DNA of 64,000 nucleotides from an uncultured Flavonifractor sp. Its GTDB lineage: Bacteria > Bacillota > Clostridia > Oscillospirales > Oscillospiraceae. Positions 27,601 to 36,549 of the stretch are shown piece after piece. Position 1 is the first letter of the stretch. Every line of letters begins with the position of its first letter. Below the pieces are notes generated by a model. It did no database searches, had not been told where the DNA came from, and saw nothing but the letters and a program-made list of their open reading frames with translations. A program made the translations under genes and the position numbers. Location: assembly GCA_947384055.1 (NCBI GenBank), contig CANDFO010000003.1, positions 983 through 64,982 of the forward strand, given 5' to 3'.

Positions 27601-28926
27601 TTACCAGCCAAAGGGCCAGCTGAAATAGCCGCCTCCGCTCTGCTGGCGCTCTTCCTGCTGCCGCTGGGCTTCGGCTTCTCTGATTTGAGCGTCCAGCTCA
27701 TTGAGGTCCTGCTGGCGCTGCTGGCTGCTCTCATCAAACGTAATGTTCAGCGTCTTATTCTCCCCGTCCCGGTAGACGGTGAACTGGGCCGTGTCCCCGG
27801 CCTTGAAGCTCCTCACCGCGGTCTGCAGGGCGCTGATGGAGGTAACGGCCGTGTCGTTGACGGCGGTGATGATATCCCCCTCCTGAAGGCCGGCCTTTTC
27901 CCCCGCCGCTCCGGAGAGCACACCCCGCACATAGGCTCCGGCGGGAATGCCGTAGCGGACAGCCTGGTCGGAGACCTCCTCCAGAAGAATGCCCACGTTG
28001 GGCTTCCCGGTGACGTAGCCGTGCTCCATAATGTCGCTGACCATGTCCACCACGTCATTGATGGGAATGGCGAAGCCCAGGCCCTCCACGCTGGCGGAGC
28101 CGCTGCCGCCGGAGGAGGAGAGCTTGGCGGTGGTAATGCCCACCACCTCGCCGTAGAGATTGAACAGCGGGCCGCCGGAGTTGCCGGAGTTAATGGCGGT
28201 ATCGGTCTGGAGCATATTCATGGTCACGCCGTCGCTCATGGTAATGTTCCGGTCCAGGGCCGACACATATCCCCCCGTGAGGGTGAAGGTCAGCTCACCC
28301 AGGGGGTTGCCGATGGCCACCACCTGGTCCCCCACGTGGAGGTCGCTGGAGTTGCCGATGACCACGGGCTTGAGGCCCTGGGCTTCCACCTTCAGCACCG
28401 CGATGTCGTTGTCCTCCTCGCCGCCCACCAGCTGGGCGTCATAGCTGGAGCCGTCATGCAGGGTGACTTTGATATCGCTGACCCCGTCAATCACGTGATA
28501 GTTGGTGAGGATATAGCCGTCCTGGGAGATGATGAAGCCGGAGCCGGATACGGCGTTGCGCACCGTCTGCCCCCAGACGTTGGTGGTGACATTGCCGCTG
28601 ATACCCACCGTGGACACCACGTTGGTGGCATAGACCTCGGGGACGGTGAGCAGGTCCCGGCCGTTGACGTTGGCGATATTTACCACGGTGGGGGTGCGGC
28701 TGGACTGATAGATGGTGGTGGAGGAAAAGCCTCCGCCCAGGGCCCAGACTCCCGCGCCTCCGGCCAGGCCGCCCACCAGGGCGCAGCACAGGCCCACCGC
28801 TACCAGCTTGGCGGCCATGCCCTTTTTCTTCTTGGGGGGCTCCGGAATGGGCTCGCTGACCCGGAAGCCATAGGCTTCGATGGGCTCCCGGCTGTCATAG
28901 GGGCGGTTATAATCGCTGTTATACAT
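27601..28926 (-). CDS. HtrA/DegP-family serine protease with PDZ domain
   Basis: Start at MYNSDYNRPY. It has an N-terminal TM anchor, a trypsin-like catalytic triad context (TNYHV, DIAVLK, GNSGGPL) and a PDZ domain, followed by a Gln/Glu-rich tail. Confidence 0.88.
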   Translation of the reverse strand: MYNSDYNRPYDSREPIEAYGFRVSEPIPEPPKKKKGMAAKLVAVGLCCALVGGLAGGAGVWALGGGFSSTTIYQSSRTPTVVNIANVNGRDLLTVPEVYATNVVSTVGISGNVTTNVWGQTVRNAVSGSGFIISQDGYILTNYHVIDGVSDIKVTLHDGSSYDAQLVGGEEDNDIAVLKVEAQGLKPVVIGNSSDLHVGDQVVAIGNPLGELTFTLTGGYVSALDRNITMSDGVTMNMLQTDTAINSGNSGGPLFNLYGEVVGITTAKLSSSGGSGSASVEGLGFAIPINDVVDMVSDIMEHGYVTGKPNVGILLEEVSDQAVRYGIPAGAYVRGVLSGAAGEKAGLQEGDIITAVNDTAVTSISALQTAVRSFKAGDTAQFTVYRDGENKTLNITFDESSQQRQQDLNELDAQIREAEAQRQQEERQQSGGGYFSWPFGW

Positions 28927-29102
28927 GGTCGTGCACACTCCTCTTGTGGAACGGTTTCCCGCGGCGTCCTCCGGGGCCGCCGCAGGTCTTTCCGCTTTTA
29001 ACAGAACATAGAATAACCGCAATTTGTGTATAAAGCATGAAGATTTTTCACACGAAATTTGAATAGTTGGAAAACCTTTTTTGAAGGGATGGCGGGCGGG
29101 GC

Positions 29103-30620
29103 TCAGCGTCTGATGCAGCCGTTCTCCCGGTACTGGACAGCCTCCGCCAGATGGTCCACAGCGATGGACTCCGCGCCGTCCAGGTCGGCAATGGTGCGGG
29201 CCACCCGGAGTATGCGGTCATAGCTGCGGGCGGTCAGGCCGATGCGGGTAAAAGCCCCCTTCATCAGAGCGGTGCCGGCGCGGTCCAGCTCACAGCAGCG
29301 GCTCAGCTCCCTGGGACCCATGTGGGCGTTGCAGGCGGGCCCGCCGGGGCCAAAGCGGGCGGCCTGCACCGCCCGGGCCCGGTTCACCCGGACTTTGATC
29401 TCCGCGGAGGTCTCCGCCGGGGCGCTTCTGCCGGAGAGCTCCTCAAAATTCAGGGGCGGCACCTCCACATGCAGGTCGATGCGGTCCAGCAGGGGCCCGG
29501 AGAGCCGGTTCCGGTAGCGCTCCACCTCCGCCTCGGAGCAGCGGCAGCGGCCCCCGTAGCCATGCCAGCCGCATTTACAGGGGTTCATGGCGCACACCAG
29601 CATAAACCGGGCGGGAAACACCTCTGTCCCCGTTACCCGGGAAATCTGAACCCGCCCATCCTCCAGGGGCTGACGGAGGACCTCCAGCGTCTCCTTGCCG
29701 AACTCGGGCAGCTCATCCAGAAAAAGGACGCCGTTGTGGGCCAGGGAGATCTCCCCCGGCCTGGGAGGGGACCCTCCGCCGGAGAGCCCCATAACCGAGA
29801 TGGTGTGGTGGGGCGTGCGGAAAGGCCGCCGCACCAGCATGGGCAGCTCCCGGGAGGTAAGCCCCAGCACTGAATGAATATTTGTGGACTCCAGGGCCTC
29901 CCGGCGGGTCATGTCCGGCAGAATGCCGGGCAGTCGGCGGGCCAGCATGGATTTGCCGGAGCCGGGCGGTCCGGACATGAGGACATTGTGCCCTCCGGCG
30001 GCGGCGATCTCCAGGGCACGCTTGACATTGTCCTGGCCCTTCACGTCGGCGAAGTCCGGACCGGCCAGGTCCGACGGCGCGGGAGTCCACGGCGCGGCGG
30101 GGGTCAGCGGGGCCTCTCCCCGCAGATGCCCCACCAAGGCGGCCACGTTTTCCACGGGATACACCGTCAGATTCCCGGCCAGGGTAGCCTCCGGCGCGGA
30201 ATCGGCCGGGACATAGAGCTCGGCGATTCCCGACGCGGCGGCGGCCAGTGCCATGGGGAGCATTCCGGCGACGGGACGCAGCGCCCCGGACAGGGAGAGC
30301 TCCCCCACAAAGGCCGCGCCGGGGTTCAGGGGCCGGATCTGCCCTCCGGCGGCCAAAATCCCCACCAGAATGGGCAGGTCATAGACCGTTCCGGCCTTTC
30401 TCCGGTTGGCGGGCGCCAGATTGACGGTGATTCGGGATACCGGGAAGTCAAAGCCGCAGTTTTTAATGGCCGCGCGGACCCGTTCCCGGGCCTCCCGCAC
30501 GGCCGTGTCGGGCAGGCCCACAATCTCGAAGGCGGGCAGGCCGTTGGACAGGTCGCACTCCGCGCTGACCTCGTATCCCGAGACGCCGCTGAGCCCCAGT
30601 GAACGTACATTATAGAGCAT
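29103..30620 (-). CDS. YifB/ComM family Mg-chelatase-like AAA+ ATPase
   Basis: Start at MLYNVRSLGLSGVSGYEV. It has a Lon-like N-domain, Walker A (GPPGSGKSM), Walker B (LFLDELPEF) and the C-terminal Cys cluster typical of ComM/YifB. Confidence 0.88.
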   Translation of the reverse strand: MLYNVRSLGLSGVSGYEVSAECDLSNGLPAFEIVGLPDTAVREARERVRAAIKNCGFDFPVSRITVNLAPANRRKAGTVYDLPILVGILAAGGQIRPLNPGAAFVGELSLSGALRPVAGMLPMALAAAASGIAELYVPADSAPEATLAGNLTVYPVENVAALVGHLRGEAPLTPAAPWTPAPSDLAGPDFADVKGQDNVKRALEIAAAGGHNVLMSGPPGSGKSMLARRLPGILPDMTRREALESTNIHSVLGLTSRELPMLVRRPFRTPHHTISVMGLSGGGSPPRPGEISLAHNGVLFLDELPEFGKETLEVLRQPLEDGRVQISRVTGTEVFPARFMLVCAMNPCKCGWHGYGGRCRCSEAEVERYRNRLSGPLLDRIDLHVEVPPLNFEELSGRSAPAETSAEIKVRVNRARAVQAARFGPGGPACNAHMGPRELSRCCELDRAGTALMKGAFTRIGLTARSYDRILRVARTIADLDGAESIAVDHLAEAVQYRENGCIRR

Positions 30621-30915
30621 AACAGCCCCGCCTTTCTCATTCTCTATCGTTGCCGCGCGGTTTATGCTGGTGTTATGTGGATTTTCAGCGGACGCGCTCC
30701 ATTCCGCCGTTCTGTGCGCGGATTTCGTCAGCGGCTTTATTATAGCACACACCGCCGCAAAAAGGAAACCCTGTCCGGACATACGGCGCCGGTTCAAAGG
30801 ATCCCGCTCCCCGCCTTCTGGCCTTTTTTGGATGCTCTTCACTTGCGTTTTTTCGGTAGCCGTGATATAATTTCACCCATATCTTACAAAACTGAACGCA
30901 TCTATGGAGGTCCCT

Positions 30916-32133
30916 ATGGAAAAGCTGAACATGACCACCCCGCTGGTAGAGATGGACGGCGACGAGATGACCCGCATTCTCTGGCAGCAGATTAAAGACG
31001 AGCTGCTGCTGCCTTACATCGACCTGAAGACGGTATATTACGACCTGGGCCTGCCTGAGCGTGAGCGCACAAAGGACCAGGTGACAGTGGACTCCGCCGA
31101 GGCCGCCAGGCAGTACGGCGTGGCGGTAAAATGCGCCACCATCACCCCCAACGCACAGCGGGTGGAGGAGTACAAGCTCTCCCAGATGTGGAAATCCCCC
31201 AATGGCACCATCCGGGCCATTCTGGACGGCACGGTATTCCGGGCCCCCATTATGGTAAAGGGCATCTCCCCGGCGGTTAAGACCTGGAAGCGCCCCATCA
31301 CCATCGCCCGCCACGCCTACGGCGACGTCTACCGCGCCTCCGAGTACCGGGTTCCCGGCCCCGGCAGGGCGGAGCTGCTCTTCACCGGCGCGGACGGCGC
31401 CCAGTTCCGTCAGACCATTTATGAGTTTGAGTGCGCCGGCGTCCTTCAGGGCCAGTACAACAAGGACAGCTCCATCGCCTCCTTCGCCCGCTCCTGCTTT
31501 CAGTATGCCCTGGACACCCGGCAGGACCTGTGGTTTTCCACCAAGGATACCATCTCCAAGCAGTATGACCACACCTTTAAAGACCTTTTCCAGGAGATTT
31601 TCGACGCCGAGTATCAGGCGCGGTTTGCCGCCCTGGGCCTGGAGTATTTCTATACCCTTATTGACGACGCGGTGGCCCGGGTTATTCGCTCCCAGGGGGG
31701 CTTTATCTGGGCCTGCAAAAACTACGACGGCGATGTGATGAGCGACATGGTGTCCACTGCCTTCGGCAGTCTGGCCATGATGACCTCTGTGCTGGTGTCT
31801 CCCGACGGCAAGTATGAGTATGAGGCCGCCCACGGCACTGTTACCCGCCACTATTATAAATATCTGGAGGGGGAGCAGCCCTCCACCAACCCCGTGGCCA
31901 CCATTTTTGCCTGGACAGGCGCTCTGGCCAAGCGGGGTGAGCTGGACCATCTGTCCGGCCTGACGGATTTTGCCCACACCCTGGAGCGCGCCTGCATCGA
32001 AACCATTGAGAGCGGCGTCATGACCAAGGACCTGGCCGGCATGTGGGAGGGGGCGGTCCCCGCCCGGTCTGTCACCAGCGTGGAGTTTCTCAAAGCTGTC
32101 CGCACCCGCCTGGACGCTCTTCTGGCGGACTGA
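30916..32133 (+). CDS. icd: NADP-dependent isocitrate dehydrogenase (subfamily II, eukaryote-like ~405 aa type)
   Basis: Start at MEKLNMTTPLVEMDGDEMTRILW, with GGAGG 5 nt upstream. The protein is IDH1/2-like throughout (TITPNA, ARHAYGD, NYDGDV.SD). Confidence 0.9.
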   Translation: MEKLNMTTPLVEMDGDEMTRILWQQIKDELLLPYIDLKTVYYDLGLPERERTKDQVTVDSAEAARQYGVAVKCATITPNAQRVEEYKLSQMWKSPNGTIRAILDGTVFRAPIMVKGISPAVKTWKRPITIARHAYGDVYRASEYRVPGPGRAELLFTGADGAQFRQTIYEFECAGVLQGQYNKDSSIASFARSCFQYALDTRQDLWFSTKDTISKQYDHTFKDLFQEIFDAEYQARFAALGLEYFYTLIDDAVARVIRSQGGFIWACKNYDGDVMSDMVSTAFGSLAMMTSVLVSPDGKYEYEAAHGTVTRHYYKYLEGEQPSTNPVATIFAWTGALAKRGELDHLSGLTDFAHTLERACIETIESGVMTKDLAGMWEGAVPARSVTSVEFLKAVRTRLDALLAD

Positions 32134-32143
32134 GGGCAGTCCC

Positions 32144-32794
32144 ATGGCAAACAAGCGCTATTGCGCCTCCGTTCTCCGGGACACGGCCCGGCGGCGCCTG
32201 CTGTGGGCTCTGGGCAGTCTGGCCGGAGCCGCCGCCTTTTATTTCCTGGCCGGGGACCTGGACTTCAGGCCCGGCTATACCACCCGGGCAGAGGGTCAGA
32301 GCTACGCTGCCATGATAGCCCTTGCGCTCTGTCTGCTGGTGGTGGGGGTGGTCTGCCTGATTCTCGCCCTGTTCACCTTCCTTCGACCGGAGCAGCACCC
32401 CTTTACCCAGGGCCTGCGGCGGAGGTGTCCTGACCAGGCGGATACCCCTGTCCGCGCCCTCTTTGCCCTGGTAGACGGGGATTTAAACGAGTATGGGGAG
32501 ACCTTTGGCGGCGGCGCGGCGGTAATGGGCCGTCAGTGGCTGTTTTTTGCCCCGCCCCTGTCCTTTGCTCTGCGGCTGCGGGACATCCGCGGCGCGGCCT
32601 GGCAGGGGGACGACAAGCTGCTCCTTGCTCTTGCCGGCGGCGGCTATGCCACGCTCACGGACGGACGCCTCACCCGCCCTGTCCTTATGGAGCTCCTGAT
32701 CCTCCTGCAAACCCGGCAGCCTTCCCTGATTCTCTGGTCCAGTATTCTGGAGCTGGACCAGTGGCGGCAGCAGCAGCGGGGCCTTCGCCGCTGA
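32144..32794 (+). CDS. Hypothetical membrane protein (2 TM helices plus a soluble C-terminal domain)
   Basis: 216 aa with host-like composition. No family is recognised and no clear RBS is visible. Confidence 0.45.
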   Translation: MANKRYCASVLRDTARRRLLWALGSLAGAAAFYFLAGDLDFRPGYTTRAEGQSYAAMIALALCLLVVGVVCLILALFTFLRPEQHPFTQGLRRRCPDQADTPVRALFALVDGDLNEYGETFGGGAAVMGRQWLFFAPPLSFALRLRDIRGAAWQGDDKLLLALAGGGYATLTDGRLTRPVLMELLILLQTRQPSLILWSSILELDQWRQQQRGLRR

Positions 32795-32881
32795 TCTCAG
32801 CGTCCGCCCCCCGCTTCTCTCACACGCTGTAATGCAAGACCGAGACAGGCTCATATGCGAACAGAAAGGATGGATTGCACC

Positions 32882-33331
32882 ATGTATGAACAGAAATCGA
32901 AATCTCCCGTCCGCGTTTTCCCTACTCTGCTGCTCTCCTTGTCCGTGTTTGCGGTGCTGTACCTCTCTGCGCACCGCCCGCTGGTCATTCTGTTTCACCA
33001 CGGGCACAGCGGCATTTTTGAGCTGATGCTGCTGCTCTCCAACATGCTTCTAGGGCTGGTGCTGGCGGCGGTGGTTAACTCTCTGCTGGAGGAAACCGCT
33101 TTTAAACCCTACGCTGTCTTTCTGGCGGCGCTCTTCGCCGTGGTATTTTGTCTGAGCGGCCTGCTGGTCCTCGCCGTCCCGTCCTTTTATCCCTCTGAGC
33201 CCCGCTGGTTTACCCTGCTCCTCACCTGTTTCCCGCAGTTTGTCGGGGTGGCGTTTACCGTTCCTGGCATAGCCGTCCATCTGATCGGTCTTTGCTGGCT
33301 GAATTGGAGACGGCGGGCCTCTGCCCGTTAG
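32882..33331 (+). CDS. Hypothetical small polytopic membrane protein
   Basis: About 149 aa from MYEQKSKSP with 4 hydrophobic helices. No family is recognised, and the start is uncertain (an alternative ATG lies at 32855). Confidence 0.45.
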   Translation: MYEQKSKSPVRVFPTLLLSLSVFAVLYLSAHRPLVILFHHGHSGIFELMLLLSNMLLGLVLAAVVNSLLEETAFKPYAVFLAALFAVVFCLSGLLVLAVPSFYPSEPRWFTLLLTCFPQFVGVAFTVPGIAVHLIGLCWLNWRRRASAR

Positions 33332-33335
33332 ATAA

Positions 33336-33369
33336 AAAGACCAGGCGCGCCACATGGCGCGCCTGGTCT
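33336..33369. terminator. Terminator hairpin, left copy of a perfect 34 bp direct duplication
   Basis: AAAGACCAGGCGCGCC-acat-GGCGCGCCTGGTCT (14 bp perfect stem) lies directly after the stop of the 32882..33331 gene and is identical to 33574..33607. Confidence 0.7.
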
Positions 33370-33371
33370 CA

Positions 33372-33571
33372 GCCTGTCGAAAAAGGCCGGTGGCCTTTTT
33401 CGACAAAAGGGATACGGCCTGCCGCGCGCACCCTTTGGGCACACTTGCAGACCGAGATGTGTCATTTCCGAGGCACATGTCCCCGAAAATGACTATTTTT
33501 CACTTTATTTTGCCGCCTTCGGGCGGCAAAACTCTACGAGGCGTTCCCGTGGGGGAAGTTTTTTGACAGTC
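33372..33571 (-). mobile_element. MITE-like 200 bp non-coding repeat, copy 2
   Basis: It is the reverse complement of 8302..8501 (about 13 mismatches). The ends are CAGCCTGTCGAAAAA / TTTTTTGACAGTCTG, a 15 bp TIR matching at 13 of 15 positions. It is bracketed by the duplicated hairpin. Confidence 0.75.
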
Positions 33572-33573
33572 TG

Positions 33574-33614
33574 AAAGACCAGGCGCGCCACATGGCGCGC
33601 CTGGTCTTTTTTTG
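33574..33614. terminator. Terminator hairpin, right copy of the 34 bp duplication, with T7 tail
   Basis: The same 34 nt as 33336..33369, followed by TTTTTTT. It lies 50 nt beyond the ileS stop on the opposite strand. Confidence 0.7.
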
Positions 33615-33663
33615 TGCAGCACGGTCTCATCCCAGGGCAAGCTGTTTTCCGGAAAAGAATCTG

Positions 33664-36465
33664 TCACATCTTCTTCACCACTGCGGCACAGCGGGGGCAC
33701 AGCTCCGGGTGGTCCTGGTCCTCGCCCACATGCTCGTTGTGGTTCCAGCACCGGACGCACTTGGGGGCCTCAGACAGCTTGACGGCGATGGTGCAGGGAA
33801 TCAGACATTCGCTGTTCTCCTCCCCGTCCAGGGCGCCCTCGGCAATCCGGACCTTGGATACAATGCACAGGGCCGCCAGATCCATATGCTCCAACAGGGC
33901 AGCGTCGTCAGGATTCTGAACAGCAATGGTCACTTCGGTATCCTGCGCCTTCTTGAACACCCCGGCGTTCCGGGCGTTTTCCAGCGCCTTGTTGACTGCG
34001 TCCCGCAGGGAGACCAGTTTTTCCCACCGCTCCTTGTCTGTCCCGGTCAGCTCCAGGGCCTCCTCATAGACGGGCATATCGTTGAGCAGAACACTCCTGG
34101 CGTCAGCGTCTTTGCCGTGAGGCATAGCATGCCAGATCTCATCGCTGGTGAACGCCAAAATGGGGGCGATCAGCTTGGTCATGCCGTCCAAAATGGTGTA
34201 TAGAGCGGTCTGCGCGGAGCGGCGGGAGGCAGTATCAGCGCAGTAGAGCCGGTCCTTAATGATATCCAGGTAGAAGTTGGACATCTCCACTACGCAGAAG
34301 TTATACACCGCCCGGTAAACGCCGTGGAACTCATAGCGCCCGTAGGCCTCCTGCGCTGTCCGGGTCAGTTCGTTGAAGCAGTGCAGAGCGTAGCGGTCCA
34401 GCTCCATCAGGTCCTTCCAGTCCACCCGCTCGGTGTTTGGGTCGAAGTCCGCCAGATTGCCCAGCATATACTTGGCGGTATTGCGGATTTTCAGATATGC
34501 CTGGCTGAGCTGCTTCATAATATTCTCAGAAATACGCATATCCTGAGTATAATCAGCACTTGCTACCCAAAGCCGGAGCAGGTCCGCGCCGTAATCCTTG
34601 ATAATCTCCTCCGGGCCGATGGCGTTGCCCAGGCTCTTGTGCATGGCTCTGCCCTCGCCGTCTACCGTCCAGCCGTGGGTAATAATCTGCTTATAGGGAG
34701 CTGTACCCTTGACGGCGATGGAGGTAAGCATGGAGGATTGGAACCAGCCCCGATACTGGTCGCCGCCCTCCAGGTATACATCGGCGGGGAAGCTGAGATA
34801 ATCTCTCTCATCCAGCACGGCGGCATGGGTGGAGCCCGAGTCAAACCACACGTCCATAATATCCGATTCCTTGGTAAAATGGGTGTGTCCGCATACCGGG
34901 CATACCAGTCCTTCCGGAACCAGCTCGTCGGCGGTCTTGTCAAACCAGATATTGGAGCCATGCTCCCGGAAGAGGGCAGCTGTACGCGCAATCGTCTCGG
35001 GCGTTACAATGTCCTTGCCGCATTCGGCGCAGTAGAAGATCGGGATGGGCACGCCCCACACCCGCTGACGGGAGATACACCAGTCGTTGCGCTCACTGAT
35101 CATGGAGGTCATGCGCTCCTTGCCCCAGGCGGGATGCCATTGGATCTTATCGCAGGCGTCTACAGCGGCCTTTTTGATGGCGTCCACCGAGCAGAACCAC
35201 TGCTCGGTTGCCCGGTAGATAATGGGCTGCTTGCAGCGCCAGCAGTGGGGGTACGAGTGAGTGATCTTCTCGCTGGCCAACAGCGCTCCCGCCGCCTCCA
35301 GGTCGCCGGGAATGGCTTCGTTGGCCTCGGCATAGTAGCGCCCGTTGTATTTGTCGTCTGTCATGACGCCCTTGGCGTTGACGGGCACCGGAGTACCGAT
35401 GTGGGTGAGGCCCGCGTCGTCGTACTGCTTGCAGATGTTGAAGTCGTCGGCGCCGAAGCCGGGGGCGGTGTGGACGCAGCCGGTGCCGGCTTCCAGGGTG
35501 ACATGCTCTCCGCACAGCAGGACAGAGTCCCGGTCAAAGAAGGGGTGCCTGGCGGTCATGAGCTCAAATTCTTCGCCCTTGAGGGTGGCCAGCACCTTGG
35601 AAGCGGTGTAGTCGATGCCCGCCTCTCTGCACACGCCTTCAGCCAGCGCCTGGGCCATGATATAAACCTCGCCGCCGGGGACCTGGAGAAGCACATAGTC
35701 CAGCTCGCCATTGACACAGATGGCCATATTCCCGGGGATCGTCCAGGGGGTGGTAGTCCAGATTACAAAATATGTTTTACTCAAATCGGCGTATTGGCTC
35801 AGCTTACCCTTATCGTCCCGGACCGGGAATTTTACAAAAATGGTGGTGCAGGGGTCGTCCTGATATTCAATTTCGGCTTCCGCCAGGGCGGTCTGGTCGT
35901 GGGGACACCAGTAGACCGGCTTCATCCCCTTATAGATGAAGCCCTGTTCGGCCATCTTTCCAAAGACCTCAATCTGCCTGGCCTCAAAGTCCGGGGTGAG
36001 GGTCAGATAAGGGCGCTCCCACTCGCCCAGCACACCCAGCCGCTTGAAGCCCTCCCGCTGCTTATCCACAAATTCCAGGGCGTACTCCTTGCACTTCTCC
36101 CGGAACTCGCTGATGGTCAGCTCATCCCGCTTGACCTTTTTGCTTTTCAGAATGGCGGATTCAATGGGCAGGCCATGAGTGTCCCAGCCCGGTACATAGG
36201 GGGCATAAAAACCGTTCATATTCCGGTGCTTGACAATCATGTCCTTTAAAATTTTATTCAGCGCCGTGCCGATATGGATGTTTCCGTTGGCATAGGGCGG
36301 TCCGTCATGGAGCACAAAGGAAGGCTTCCCCTCATTGCGGGAGACCATCGCGTGATACAGATCCTGGTCATACATGGCCCGGAGCATATCCGGCTCCCGC
36401 TGGGGGAGCTTCCCCCGCATGGGAAAATCCGTCTTGGGAAGGTGTACGGTCTGATTGTAATCCAT
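33664..36465 (-). CDS. ileS: Isoleucine--tRNA ligase (type 1, with C-terminal zinc finger)
   Basis: 933 aa with HIGH (PYANGNIHIGTALNK), KMSKS (AMHKSLGN), the CP1 editing domain and the C-terminal CVRCWNH..CPRC motif. AGGAGG lies 9 nt upstream of the ATG. Confidence 0.96.
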   Translation of the reverse strand: MDYNQTVHLPKTDFPMRGKLPQREPDMLRAMYDQDLYHAMVSRNEGKPSFVLHDGPPYANGNIHIGTALNKILKDMIVKHRNMNGFYAPYVPGWDTHGLPIESAILKSKKVKRDELTISEFREKCKEYALEFVDKQREGFKRLGVLGEWERPYLTLTPDFEARQIEVFGKMAEQGFIYKGMKPVYWCPHDQTALAEAEIEYQDDPCTTIFVKFPVRDDKGKLSQYADLSKTYFVIWTTTPWTIPGNMAICVNGELDYVLLQVPGGEVYIMAQALAEGVCREAGIDYTASKVLATLKGEEFELMTARHPFFDRDSVLLCGEHVTLEAGTGCVHTAPGFGADDFNICKQYDDAGLTHIGTPVPVNAKGVMTDDKYNGRYYAEANEAIPGDLEAAGALLASEKITHSYPHCWRCKQPIIYRATEQWFCSVDAIKKAAVDACDKIQWHPAWGKERMTSMISERNDWCISRQRVWGVPIPIFYCAECGKDIVTPETIARTAALFREHGSNIWFDKTADELVPEGLVCPVCGHTHFTKESDIMDVWFDSGSTHAAVLDERDYLSFPADVYLEGGDQYRGWFQSSMLTSIAVKGTAPYKQIITHGWTVDGEGRAMHKSLGNAIGPEEIIKDYGADLLRLWVASADYTQDMRISENIMKQLSQAYLKIRNTAKYMLGNLADFDPNTERVDWKDLMELDRYALHCFNELTRTAQEAYGRYEFHGVYRAVYNFCVVEMSNFYLDIIKDRLYCADTASRRSAQTALYTILDGMTKLIAPILAFTSDEIWHAMPHGKDADARSVLLNDMPVYEEALELTGTDKERWEKLVSLRDAVNKALENARNAGVFKKAQDTEVTIAVQNPDDAALLEHMDLAALCIVSKVRIAEGALDGEENSECLIPCTIAVKLSEAPKCVRCWNHNEHVGEDQDHPELCPRCAAVVKKM

Positions 36466-36549
36466 CGGTCAGATTCCTCCTGATAAAATAAATGTTCATG
36501 GCCGTGCCAGCGCATTCTGCCTCATGGTCATCGGTGCTGCGCCGGATGC

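Noticed and set aside
33336-33607. Possibility that the two identical 34 nt hairpins represent a minimal CRISPR-like array
   Set aside because: Only two copies exist, the single 'spacer' is itself a repeat found elsewhere (8302..8501), no cas genes are present and the repeat is a canonical terminator hairpin.
36466-36549. Direct repeats or target-site duplication flanking the R-M cassette (CAGAATGCGCTG near 36510 versus CAGGAATGCGTGCTG near 39405, as read on the minus strand)
   Set aside because: The match is only about 12 of 16 positions with two gaps, which is well within chance for 80 nt junction regions. It is noted as a possible junction remnant but not claimed.
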